From positions 5,233,845 through 5,257,844 of the forward strand of contig JAAFYY010000001.1 of the NCBI GenBank assembly GCA_014284505.1: a DNA stretch of 24,000 nucleotides. Reading direction: 5' to 3'. The stretch's first letter is position 1, and the number at the start of each line of letters is the position of its first letter. Position numbers and translations under genes: made by a program. This document shows positions 1 to 7,078 of the stretch, in pieces. The stretch comes from Streptacidiphilus sp. 4-A2 (GTDB lineage: Bacteria; Actinomycetota; Actinomycetes; Streptomycetales; Streptomycetaceae). The notes below the pieces were generated by a model. It did not search any database. It was not told where the DNA came from and saw nothing but the letters and a program-made list of their open reading frames with translations.

Positions 1-124
1 GGCGCTCCCGGAGCGCGCGGTCGGCCGCCTCGCGGCCGGAGGCGAACAGGGCCGCGACCGCCGACAGCACGGGCGGCCCGGCGTCCGCGGGGCGGCCCGC
101 GTGACGCACCGTCAGGTTCGCCAC
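1..124 (-). CDS. hypothetical protein, N-terminal fragment running off the left edge
   Basis: The reverse strand from GTG (complement of 122-124) reads VANLTVRHAGRPADAGPPVLSAVAALFASGREAADRALRER. G/C occupies the third position in 40 of 41 codons, which is the codon signature of real genes here. There is no stop before the window edge. No family recognised. Confidence 0.45.
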   Translation of the reverse strand, partial: MANLTVRHAGRPADAGPPVLSAVAALFASGREAADRALRER

Positions 125-155
125 CGGCGTACCGCGGCACCCGGCGCGGACATGC

Positions 156-187
156 GAACGGCCCCGCCGTGGTCGGCGGGGCCGTTC
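156..187. terminator. stem-loop downstream of tRNA-Pro
   Basis: Perfect 13-bp stem GAACGGCCCCGCC / GGCGGGGCCGTTC with a 6-nt loop, about 55 nt beyond the 3' end of the minus-strand tRNA-Pro. There is no clear U-tract. Confidence 0.5.
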
Positions 188-243
188 GTGATCGCTCTGC
201 CGGCACCGGTCGCCCTGCTGGTGACGACGGTCCCGCTGGTACA

Positions 244-320
244 TGGTCGGGGTGACCGGATTCGAACCGACGACCTTCCGCTCCCAAAGCGGACGCGCTA
301 CCAAACTGCGCCACACCCCG
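244..320 (-). tRNA. tRNA-Pro (anticodon TGG)
   Basis: The reverse complement folds as CGGGGTG-TG-GCGC-AGTTTGGTA-GCGC-G-TCCGC-TTTGGGA-GCGGA-AGGTC-GTCGG-TTCGAAT-CCGGT-CACCCCG-A-CCA. This is a complete cloverleaf of 77 nt with an encoded CCA. Confidence 0.9.
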
Positions 321-535
321 TCTGGACGAGACGTAGCGTACATGCTCACCCCCCGGCGCCTGCCAGGTTTTCCACCTGCGCCCCGGCACACCACCACCGT
401 GCGCCCCGGCGCACGCACCACCCCGCGACCCACCCCGCGACCAGCCAGGACCCGCCGGGCGATCAACCGGTGTGCACGGCCCCGACCTCGTCCGCTAGGC
501 TTGCCCCGAACACACGGCAACCCCGTGTGCGCACT

Positions 536-609
536 GCGGGCGTAGCTCAATGGTAGAGCCCTAGTCTTCCAAACTAGCTACGCGGGTTCGATTCCCGTCG
601 CCCGCTCCA
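536..609 (+). tRNA. tRNA-Gly (anticodon TCC)
   Basis: Folds as GCGGGCG-TA-GCTC-AATGGTA-GAGC-C-CTAGT-CTTCCAA-ACTAG-CTAC-GCGGG-TTCGATT-CCCGT-CGCCCGC-T-CCA. This is a complete cloverleaf of 74 nt with an encoded CCA. Confidence 0.92.
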
Positions 610-659
610 CACGACCCGGCCCCAGCTCAGCGACCTGATCGCAGAGCCGGGGCCGGTCT
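565..659 (+). repeat. 95-bp direct repeat, left copy (attL-like: tRNA-Gly 3' part plus terminator)
   Basis: Base-by-base identical to 9932-10026. It covers tRNA-Gly from the anticodon loop to CCA (565-609) plus 50 nt downstream. Identity stops at g564 vs c9931 and at t660 vs g10027. Confidence 0.9.
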
Positions 660-660
660 T
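616..660 (+). terminator. tRNA-Gly terminator hairpin
   Basis: 18-bp stem CCGGCCCCAGCTCAGCGA / TCGCAGAGCCGGGGCCGG with 2 mismatches and loop CCTGA, followed by TCTTGTTT. Confidence 0.55.
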
Positions 661-736
661 GTTTCCGGGGATTCACTCCCCCGACGCGCCCGTCCCGTGC
701 CACTACCTCCATGAGCGTCAGCAGGCCCGACATCCC

Positions 737-1090
737 TCAGGCCCCGATCGCCATCGGGAACGCGGCGGCCATCACCGCAGCGGCCCGGGACGCGATGCCG
801 TGCCGCTGCTGGCCGTTGAACGTGCCCTCCCACGGACGAGCCACCAGGCCGGGCAGCGAGACCGGGGCACCAAGCGCCAGACCCTCGCCCACCCCGCTCT
901 CCGGAATGGCGACCTTGATCAGCGACGACTCGCCGTCCTCGATGTAGACGACGCCGATCGTCTTCAGCGCCTCGCAGCTGACCGCGTCCTTGGCGATCTC
1001 ACCGGTCTGCCGGTCCTTGACCTTCGTCTCCGGGGCCTCGGTCAGCAGGATCGTGGCCGACGAGGTCTCAACTCGAATGGAACGCAACAC
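737..1090 (-). CDS. small OB-fold-like protein resembling the AICE 'plasmid replication, integration and excision activator' (Pra)
   Basis: 117-aa ORF with strongly G/C-biased third codon positions and GAGGAG just upstream of the GTG/TTG start. The pattern KDRQTGEI...IKVAIPE...PVSLPGLVARPWEGTFNGQQRHGIASRAAAV matches my recollection of Pra-family proteins (F/L-x-GL-x-x-P-W/Y...G...S-x-RA). It sits next to a KorSA-like GntR and a Nudix gene. The family assignment is from memory, not a search. Confidence 0.5.
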   Translation of the reverse strand: MLRSIRVETSSATILLTEAPETKVKDRQTGEIAKDAVSCEALKTIGVVYIEDGESSLIKVAIPESGVGEGLALGAPVSLPGLVARPWEGTFNGQQRHGIASRAAAVMAAAFPMAIGA

Positions 1091-1108
1091 CTTCTCCTCA
1101 TCGAGACA

Positions 1109-1124
1109 GCTACTCGTCTATATA
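1109..1124. promoter_or_regulatory. operator-like motif 1 (GCTACTCGTCTATATA)
   Basis: The first 12 nt are identical to 1183-1194. The core CTCGTCTA (1113-1120) also occurs at 1187-1194 and, inverted, at 2069-2076. It lies ~20-35 nt upstream of the Pra-like start. It contains GT-N-TA-N-AT, close to the HutC/GntR operator signature GT-N-TA-N-AC. Confidence 0.4.
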
Positions 1125-1182
1125 TGTAGCAGTGATTGCGACCGCTGAAGCGGCTGCGAGAACCACCGTGCCACAGAGCCTG

Positions 1183-1198
1183 GCTACTCGTCTAGATA
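1183..1198. promoter_or_regulatory. operator-like motif 2 (GCTACTCGTCTAGATA)
   Basis: Second copy of the 12-mer GCTACTCGTCTA. The local sequence ACTCGTCTAGATAAGT is a pseudo-palindrome centred on TCTAGA. It lies between the GntR stop (1269) and the Pra-like start. Confidence 0.4.
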
Positions 1199-1268
1199 AG
1201 TGGGCGTGCTGGCGTGTACGAGTTCCGGCAGATGACACCGACGCTCACGCCCGTGCTCCCAACAGCCC

Positions 1269-2048
1269 TCAGTTGGCAGGCAGTTGGTAGGCCAGCACAT
1301 AGGCGTCCGCCGCCATCAGCGTGTCGCAGACCTCCACCGGACGGCCCTCGGTGTCGTACGCCGTGCGGATCAGGTGGATCACCGGCACCCCGGACGCCAG
1401 CCGCAGCGTCTTCACCTCCTCCGGCGTGGGCATCCGCGCGCTGACCTCCTCATCGAAATGGTCCAGGCGGTGACCCAGCTCTTCGAGGCGGGCGTAGATA
1501 CCGCCGGGGCCGGGGTTGGGCCGGGCGATCGGAGTGTCCCGCGCCAGGTCGAGCGGCAGGTAGGACACGGCGAACTCCACCGGCCGCCCGTCGAGCAGGT
1601 ACCGGCGACGACGCGCCAGCACCTTCCGGGCACCACCCAGCCGAGCCGCGATGTCCGGCGACGGCTTCTCCTCACGCACCACCAGGCCGTCCACCTCCGC
1701 GCGCCCTCCGACCGCCTCCGCTTCCACGGTGAAGGCCGACTTGCCCTGCTCGCGGTGCCGGCGGGCGAAGCGGTCCGAGGCGAGACGCCGGACCGGGGGG
1801 CGCGGGCGGACGAACACGCCCTTCCCGTGCTCCGATCCACCAGTCCCTCCCCCTGGAGTACGGAGAGGAGTGCGGACGGTCATCCGCGAGACGCCGTTCT
1901 CGATCAGCTCCGTTTCCGAGGGAAGCTTGTCCCCTCGGCGAAGCGGCCTTGTCGATCGCTTCGCGCAGCTGATCAGCGATCTCCGGAACACGGCACGGTC
2001 GCTGGTCGAGTCCAGGGCCCCGAGCAGGCCAGAAGAGAGAGGAGGCAT
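1269..2048 (-). CDS. GntR-family (HutC subfamily) transcriptional regulator, KorSA-like
   Basis: 259-aa ORF with ATG 2048 preceded by AAGGAG (2054-2059). GDKLPSETELIENGVSRMTV is the GntR winged-HTH. The C-terminal half is UTRA-like (RRYLLDGRPVEFAVSYLPLDLA, VPVIHLIRTAYDTEGRPVEVCDTLMAADAYVL). Two stretches read more canonically in another frame: EIADQLREAIDK at ~1948-1983 and ALLSVLQGEGLVDRSTGR at ~1821-1873. These are compensated frame breaks. Confidence 0.85.
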   Translation of the reverse strand: MPPLSSGLLGALDSTSDRAVFRRSLISCAKRSTRPLRRGDKLPSETELIENGVSRMTVRTPLRTPGGGTGGSEHGKGVFVRPRPPVRRLASDRFARRHREQGKSAFTVEAEAVGGRAEVDGLVVREEKPSPDIAARLGGARKVLARRRRYLLDGRPVEFAVSYLPLDLARDTPIARPNPGPGGIYARLEELGHRLDHFDEEVSARMPTPEEVKTLRLASGVPVIHLIRTAYDTEGRPVEVCDTLMAADAYVLAYQLPAN

Positions 2049-2062
2049 TTGTACTCCTTCAG

Positions 2063-2077
2063 ATATCTTAGACGAGC
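2063..2077. promoter_or_regulatory. operator-like motif 3 (inverted CTCGTCTA core)
   Basis: ATATCTTAGACGAGC has the reverse complement GCTCGTCTAAGATAT. It lies in the divergent GntR/Nudix intergenic region, immediately upstream of the GntR ribosome-binding site. This position fits autoregulation. Confidence 0.35.
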
Positions 2078-2129
2078 GGGCGAGTGCTCTTGCTACGGTG
2101 GAGAGCCTAAACCACTGGACGGGACCAAC

Positions 2130-2554
2130 GTGAACGCTGAACGCCCCCACTCCGTGAGCGTCGCCCGGGGTCATCGTCCGACCCAGGACCGCGCGCTCCT
2201 CGTCCAGCGACGGACAACGGCCACTGGGAGCCACCGGGCGCGTACTCGAACCCGGCGAGACCATCCCCGACGCCCTCAGCGCGAGGTGCTGGAAGAGACC
2301 GGGATCAAGATCGCGCTCCCGGCCGTCCTCACCGCGTGTACAAGAACATGACCGGCCTGATCGTCTCCATGGTCTTCCGCTGCGAAGCCATCGACGGCCG
2401 GCCGACCACCGGCGACGAGACCCGCCCTGCGCTGGGCCAGCCGCGACGAAGTCAGCGAGCTCGCCGACGAGGCATACGCGATCCGTGTCCTGGACGCGCT
2501 CGACGCCATGTCCCGCCCGCGATCCGCGCACACGACGGCGTCAAACTCATCTAG
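2130..2554 (+). pseudogene. Nudix hydrolase (Pif-like), frame-disrupted
   Basis: Starts at GTG 2130. The Nudix box REVLEETGIKI lies at ~2280-2310, preceded in another frame by GHWEPPGGVLEPGETIPDAL. It is followed by VYKNMTGLIVSMVFRCEAIDGRPTTGDE and, in yet another frame, DEVSELADEAYAIRVLDAL. There are at least three frame changes, and the true C-terminus is uncertain. Confidence 0.7.
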
Positions 2555-2599
2555 CTCCAAACCACGACCCATGGCGGCCCACCAGCATAAAGGAACTGT

Positions 2600-3014
2600 A
2601 TGGACGAGTATATGAGTAGCCCACGGGTCTGGAGGCTGAGTTGCCCAGGTTCCCCTGAAGAAGTCGCCGGGTCCGCCGCTGGGTCCGCGAAATCCTGAGC
2701 GGGACGCCGTACGCCGACGACGCCCTGATCGTCAGCGAGCTGGGCACCAACGCCCTCCGCCACACCGCCAGCGCCGAGACCGGCGGCACATTCCAGGTCG
2801 CCCTCACCGTCCACCCCGGCACGATCACCGTCGCCGTGACCGACGAGGGCACCAAACCCACACACCCGAAGTCCAGCAGGTCGGCGCCGACGCCACCCAC
2901 GGCCGCGGACTCGACATCGTCCAGATACTCGCCCACCAGGTCGCCATCACCGGCGACCACCTCAGCCACACCGTCACCGCCGAACTCCAGCTCCAGGACA
3001 TCCCAGCCCGCTAA
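2600..3014 (+). pseudogene. ATP-binding protein, anti-sigma-factor/HATPase_c-like (RsbW-type), frame-disrupted
   Basis: ATG 2600 sits behind AAGGA. Reading across frames gives W-R-L-S-C-P-G-S-PEEVA..RRWVREILSGTPYADDALIVSELGTNALRHTAS...TFQVALTVHPGTITVAVTDEGTKP...GADATHGRGLDIVQILAHQVAITGDHLSHTVTAELQL. The motifs SELxTNAxxH, VxDxG and HGRGL are typical of this kinase-like ATPase family. There are two or more frame changes. Stop is TAA at 3012-3014. Confidence 0.6.
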
Positions 3015-3039
3015 CCCCTCTGCACCTCGAAGGCATCCC

Positions 3040-3424
3040 ATGACCATCCCAGCTGCACCCCTGCCCCACCCCGGCTACCGCGCCGAATGCCGCTCCCTGA
3101 ACCCCACCACCGGCGAGCCCCCCGTACTGGTCGCCCTCCACAACACACCAACCCCGCCATGCGATCCGCTGGATCACCAACGGCCTCGGCATCGTCCTCT
3201 GCACCGTTGACCCCGACGATCACGAACAGGCCACCCACTGGATCGACAGCGATCAGGCCCAAGCTGCCGAAGCTCTGGCCAAGGGCCCGTCACCGTCACC
3301 ACGACCCACCCCTCCCCTCGAATGGACCGCCCGCCCAGTCCTCTTCCTGCCCCTACTCCACCACCCGACAAGCCGATCATCAGTTACCCTGTTCTGCGCC
3401 TTCACCAACCGGCGCTCGGAGTTC
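3040..3424 (+). CDS. hypothetical protein, frame-disrupted, 3' end interrupted by the IS
   Basis: ATG 3040 opens MTIPAAPLPHPGYRAECRSLNPTTGEPPVLVALHN. From ~3160 a second frame reads RWITNGLGIVLCTVDPDDHEQATHWIDSDQAQAAEALAKG. Both have high third-position G/C. The C-terminal part and exact end are unclear. No family recognised. Confidence 0.3.
3412..3424. repeat. 13-bp direct repeat flanking the IS (left copy, GCGCTCGGAGTTC)
   Basis: Identical to 5337-5349. It is separated from the left IS end by 2 nt (CA), whereas the right copy abuts the IS end directly. Confidence 0.8.
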
Positions 3425-3426
3425 CA

Positions 3427-5336
3427 TGTCGTTCTTCGGTTGATGCTTGACGGTTTGGTGTCGGTTGATGGTTGACGCGGGGCTAGGTTCCGTAGTCGAT
3501 ATGCCGCTGCGGCGGCGGCAACCTCCTGGATTTTTTGTGCGGGGGTGGGTGCCGAGGTCGGTGTCGCCGTCGGTGACGTGGAAGTGGGTGTCGTGGACGG
3601 TGACGGTGAGGACTTTGCCGCGGTGCGGTGCCGATCTGGAGTTTGCAGCCGGCGATGTGGAGGGTGCCTTGGCCGGAGACGACGCGGGTGAGTTGGAGGG
3701 TGGGTTCGGGCCGTGGGGGTGGTCCGGCCAGGCGTGCGCCGTGCAGGCGCTGCGGGCTGCGGGGGTCAGGGGGCTGGGCAGGGTGCGTCGGAGCTGGCCG
3801 TCGGTGACGACGTGGACGAGGCGTGCGTCGATCCGCAGCAGGATGCGGTGGCCGGCCAGGGGCATGCCGACGCTGAACTGGGTGCCGCCAGGGCGACGCA
3901 TCCGGCCCGGTTGACGGTGCGGTGGGCCTCGATGACGGCGTCCGGGGGCAGGGGGCCGGCGGGCAGGGCGTTGGAGGGTGCGGGTCGGGCGGGCGGGCGT
4001 CGTTTTGGTTGCGTAGGCGGGTGAGCTGGTGGGGTGAGGGGTAGGGGCGGGTTTTGAGGCGGCGGGTGCCGTCGAAGGCGTGCAGGGTGGTGCCGTCGAC
4101 CCAGATGGTGAGCTGGGTGGCGGCGCGGCGCGGCCCAGCCAGAGCTGTTGGCCCAGGACACCGAGGTTGCCGCTGGCCGGGACAGTGACGGTGAACTCGA
4201 CCGCTCCGGACGCCGGTTCGGGGGGCGGCGGGTCGCGGGGGCTGCGGACGGGGCGGGTGCGGGGTCAGGTCGGCGGGCAGCTTGAGCGGGACGGGTCCGC
4301 CTGGTCCGGTCGTCGGTGGTGGGGGTGGGGTGGAAGGCGGTGACGGGGTGGCCATGTTCAGGGCCTGGTGGGGCGGGTGGAGTTGTAGTCGGTGATCCAG
4401 GTATGGGCGGCGCCGGGCGGCCGGGTGGGGAAGGGGTCGTGGGCGGCGAGGAATTCCTCGCGGACGGTGCGGTGCCAGCGTTCGACTTTGCCGGTGGGGT
4501 GGGTGAGCGGACGGCGGTGTTGCGGGTGGTGATGCCGTTCTCGCGGCAGATGCGTTCGAACAGGACTTCGACGGGGCGGGGTCGGGTGAAGCGGCCGGTG
4601 AACTGTTTGCCGTTGTCGGTCAGGACTTCCTCGGGGATGCCGTGGCGGCGCAGGGCGGTGGCGAAGGCGGTGCACACGGCGCGGCCGCAGGCGCGGGGCA
4701 GCAGGTGGGCGACGACCGCGAAGCGGGAGTGGTCGTCGATGCCGGACAGGAGTTTGAGTTCGGTGTCGTCGGCGAGCATGACGCCGCCCATGAGGTCCAT
4801 CTGCCACAGCTGCATGGGTGCGTCGCGTTGCCAGCGGGTGTAGGAGGAGCGGGGCCGGCGGCGCTGGCCCGGGGTGATCAGGGTGTTGCGGACCAGGATG
4901 CGGTAGAGGGTGGCCTGCGAGGGGACTGGGGCGATGCCTTTGCGGCCGAGCTCGAAGGCCAGGCGGGCGGGTCCCCAGGCGGGGTGCTGGCGGCGCATCT
5001 CGCACACGGCGGCCTCGATGTCCGTGCCGGTGCGGTGCGGGCAGGCCCGGGGCCGGTGCGAGCGTTCGGCCAGGGCGGCCAGCCCTCCTTGCAGGTAGCG
5101 GTTCTTCCAGGTGTGCACGGTCTGCCGTGAGACGCCGTAGCGCGCGCGACGTCGGTCACCGGACAGCCGTTCTCGATCTCCATGACAGCGCGGTAGCGCT
5201 GTTCCATGATGCTCAACTCCACCAGTGCCAACAGGGCCTCCTGGTGATCATTGGCTGATCGTCAGAAGGCCATGCCGACGGACAGTGTCAAGCATCAACT
5301 GAAGCCGGAGTGTCAAGCATCAACCGAAGTAGGACA
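3427..5336 (-). mobile_element. IS481-family insertion sequence (~1.9 kb)
   Basis: The terminal inverted repeats are TGTCGTTCTTCGGTTGATGCTTGAC (3427-3451) and the reverse complement of GTCAAGCATCAACCGAAGTAGGACA (5312-5336). They match at 23/25 positions and have TGT...ACA ends. Subterminal repeated copies of the same motif occur at 3462-3477 and 5287-5304. A single DDE transposase gene lies inside, and 13-bp direct repeats flank the element. Confidence 0.85.
3483..5231 (-). pseudogene. IS481-family DDE transposase with C-terminal repeated SH3-like modules, frame-disrupted
   Basis: The N-terminal HTH reads LVELSIMEQRYRAVMEIENGCPVTDVA, then in another frame TVHTWKNRYLQGGLAALAERSHRP. The rve core reads LWQMDLMG...GIDDHSRF...LTDNGKQFTGRF...ERICRENGIT. 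In another frame it continues TGKVERWHRTVREEFL...WITDYNSTRP. The ORFs at 3483..4355 and 3380..3901 carry the C-terminal extension (LTIWVDGTTLHAFDG; ILLRIDARLVHVVTDGQLRRTLPSP; VLTVTVHDTHFHVTDGD). There are four or more frame changes. Confidence 0.8.
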
Positions 5337-5349
5337 GCGCTCGGAGTTC
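5337..5349. repeat. 13-bp direct repeat flanking the IS (right copy)
   Basis: GCGCTCGGAGTTC immediately follows the right IS end and is identical to 3412-3424. Confidence 0.8.
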
Positions 5350-5619
5350 AGTGAGTAACAACCTTCTCTACGGGTTCAAGACCCGTCGTCGCTGACGCTC
5401 CTCCGGGCGCGCGGCGCGTCCGACGCGCCGCCGCTCCTGTCTCCGCCCCGCTCCAGCGCGCCGCCCACCCCGCGCACCCAACTCCTCAGACGCATGCAGC
5501 GAGGGTTGCCCGAGGCTCCAACCACTGGTCAGAACAGTGCCTCCGGCGGGGGCGCTCCGGCTCCGGGATGGCCAAGGCCCGGCCGGCGAGTACCGGTTCG
5601 ATGTGGTTGAGGGGTGGGG

Positions 5620-5771
5620 GCTGCCATCCCGCCTGCCGTCGCCCCAGGCAAAGCCGAGCAGCCTTGGCCCCTGGTGTCCAGGTCGTTCGTCCAGCTGGGC
5701 ACTCCACCTGGACACCAGGGGGGCAAGCCCGCTCCACGTACGTGTGGGACGACGGCAGACGGGATGGCAGC
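5620..5771. other. 152-nt compound inverted repeat (nested hairpin) in non-coding DNA upstream of the RT gene; candidate structured RNA or DNA element
   Basis: The outer arms 5620-5641 (GCTGCCATCCCGCCTGCCGTCG) and 5750-5771 (CGACGGCAGACGGGATGGCAGC) pair over 22 bp with one C/A mismatch (5632/5759). That mismatch would be G-U on the minus-strand transcript. The inner arms 5668-5683 (CCCCTGGTGTCCAGGT) and 5706-5721 (ACCTGGACACCAGGGG) pair perfectly over 16 bp around a 22-nt loop. An extra CCCA/TGGG pairing occurs at 5643-5646/5745-5748. No convincing coding frame covers the region. Confidence 0.75.
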
Positions 5772-6029
5772 TGCGAGGAGTGTGGTGCCCGCCGGCCTTC
5801 AGTCGCTTGGCGGCGAAGCAAGTGATCCCTTCTGCACTCCGGGTCTCATCCTTGCTGTGTTGACGCCCCACGTACAGGGAGCCTTCGGGAAGGCGTAGCC
5901 GAGCGTTAGGCAATCGACCCGTCGTCTTAGTAGCGATCTGGCCAAAGTGCTTGAAACGCGAGCCAGTTGACGGAGACTATGTAGGTTCGGTGGAGGCCCA
6001 GCAACAGCGACGGCATCCGGGGAACCACC

Positions 6030-7061
6030 GTGGAACCGTCCACGCGGCAGTCGGATGCGGAGAATATGAATAACCAAGGCCCGTACCGTGAAGGCATTAG
6101 GAGCGCCTACTTCAAGACCATCACTAAGGCCAAATCAGCCGACGCGCCGGATATAATTCAGCACACGGATGTAAAGCTTAACTGGACCAGCTATCGAGAG
6201 CATCTTCTGCGATACCTGGAAAACCCAGAACCAAGGCCCGAATTCGTCGAACTGATCGAAAAGCCGAAAAATGATATTGCAGTTCGCCCCATAGCTCGAT
6301 TTGATATTCGGGATCGCCTCACCTATGAGACTCTCGTGTACTCAATTGCCGATGCTATAGATGGCCACGTATCTATGAATGTCTTCAGTTCGCCATGGAA
6401 AAGGCCGGGATTGGACTTCAGGAATCCAGTAAATTCCTGGCTTACTATGCACAAGCAAGGATATCGCATGCTTCGAAAGCATGCCAATTCTCAATTAGCG
6501 AGAACAGACATAGTATCGTTCTACGAGAATGTGGACACAGGAACCCTGCGTACTGACCTGGATACCGTTCATGCAGATCCTAGGATCGCAAATCAAATTT
6601 GTGCATTTCTGGATGGGTTCCAGCAAAGGGGGCAGGCTTGGGGCCTACCGCAGGGTTGCGACGCCTCGGGAATCCTCGCCAATCTTTACCTGTTGCCAAT
6701 AGACGAGCTGGTCGAACAACAAGGCGTCGGATATCTGCGTTACTCCGATGACATGCTGCTTATCGATGAAAGTTGGGAGGCATTGCGCAGCGCATTGCTA
6801 GAAATCAATCGCGGACTGCGTGGAAGGAGGATGTCAATGTCCTCAACCAAGACCAAGATATACGATCGAGATGGGTCGATAGAGCAGCTCGATAATACGA
6901 TCAAGGATGCGATTAGTTACGGTTTGCGGGCATCGCTCCCAGGCACCCTCGAAGCTCTATATGAGCTCATCGTCTCCGCAACCGAAGGAGATATCGTCAA
7001 TGACCGCGATATAAAGTTCTCCTTCGCAGGCTCGGCGATCGAGGTGATCCCAGGGCAATAG
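6030..7061 (+). CDS. reverse transcriptase (UG/Abi / defence-associated RT-like), RT domain
   Basis: The RT motifs occur in order: VRPIARFDIRDRLTYETLV, ARTDIVSFYENVD, GLPQGCDASGILANLYLLPIDE (from 6642), YLRYSDDMLLI (YSDD at 6741-6752) and STKTKIY. The likely true start is ATG 6066, behind GGAG (6058-6061). G+C is 29/60 at 6061-6120. The TAG at 6059-7061 reading frame (7059-7061) is probably reached only because of a 1-nt frame break near 7017-7022. Confidence 0.9.
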   Translation: MEPSTRQSDAENMNNQGPYREGIRSAYFKTITKAKSADAPDIIQHTDVKLNWTSYREHLLRYLENPEPRPEFVELIEKPKNDIAVRPIARFDIRDRLTYETLVYSIADAIDGHVSMNVFSSPWKRPGLDFRNPVNSWLTMHKQGYRMLRKHANSQLARTDIVSFYENVDTGTLRTDLDTVHADPRIANQICAFLDGFQQRGQAWGLPQGCDASGILANLYLLPIDELVEQQGVGYLRYSDDMLLIDESWEALRSALLEINRGLRGRRMSMSSTKTKIYDRDGSIEQLDNTIKDAISYGLRASLPGTLEALYELIVSATEGDIVNDRDIKFSFAGSAIEVIPGQ

Positions 7062-7078
7062 ACTGGGTACTCCGCAAC

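Noticed and set aside
3380-4355. ORFs 3380..3901- and 3483..4355- considered as independent Pro-rich proteins.
   Set aside because: Read across frames, they form the repeated SH3-like C-terminal extension of the IS481-family transposase, and they lie inside the IS inverted repeats.
5370-5394. T-arm-like hairpin ACGGG-TTCAAGA-CCCGT followed by 7 nt plus G, suggesting a tRNA 3' fragment or att relic.
   Set aside because: There is no anticodon arm or D arm in register upstream. The implied acceptor 5' strand (AGCGACG) is absent and atypical, and the T-loop ends in A. It is most likely a chance small hairpin.
5614-5726. The region is stop-free in all six reading frames (six overlapping ORFs in the track). 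This is reminiscent of stop-less ncRNA templates that yield repetitive cDNA genes.
   Set aside because: Comparable multi-frame openness occurs elsewhere in this window, for example 13600-14200, simply because stop codons are rare at this G+C. It is not evidence on its own.
5381-5926. The 11-nt direct repeat GACCCGTCGTC at 5381-5391 and 5916-5926, considered as a possible target-site duplication around the structured region.
   Set aside because: There are no terminal inverted repeats adjacent to either copy. An 11-mer recurring once within ~0.6 kb of G/C-rich DNA is not compelling.
5350-7061. Retron interpretation (msr-msd hairpin plus RT).
   Set aside because: The RT lacks the retron-type features I would expect, such as a VTG-containing region after the YxDD motif. 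It instead continues into a HEAT/alpha-repeat domine. The big hairpin is ~260-300 nt from the RT start rather than abutting it, and I could not find a1/a2-type flanking repeats. The UG/Abi-like call was kept instead.
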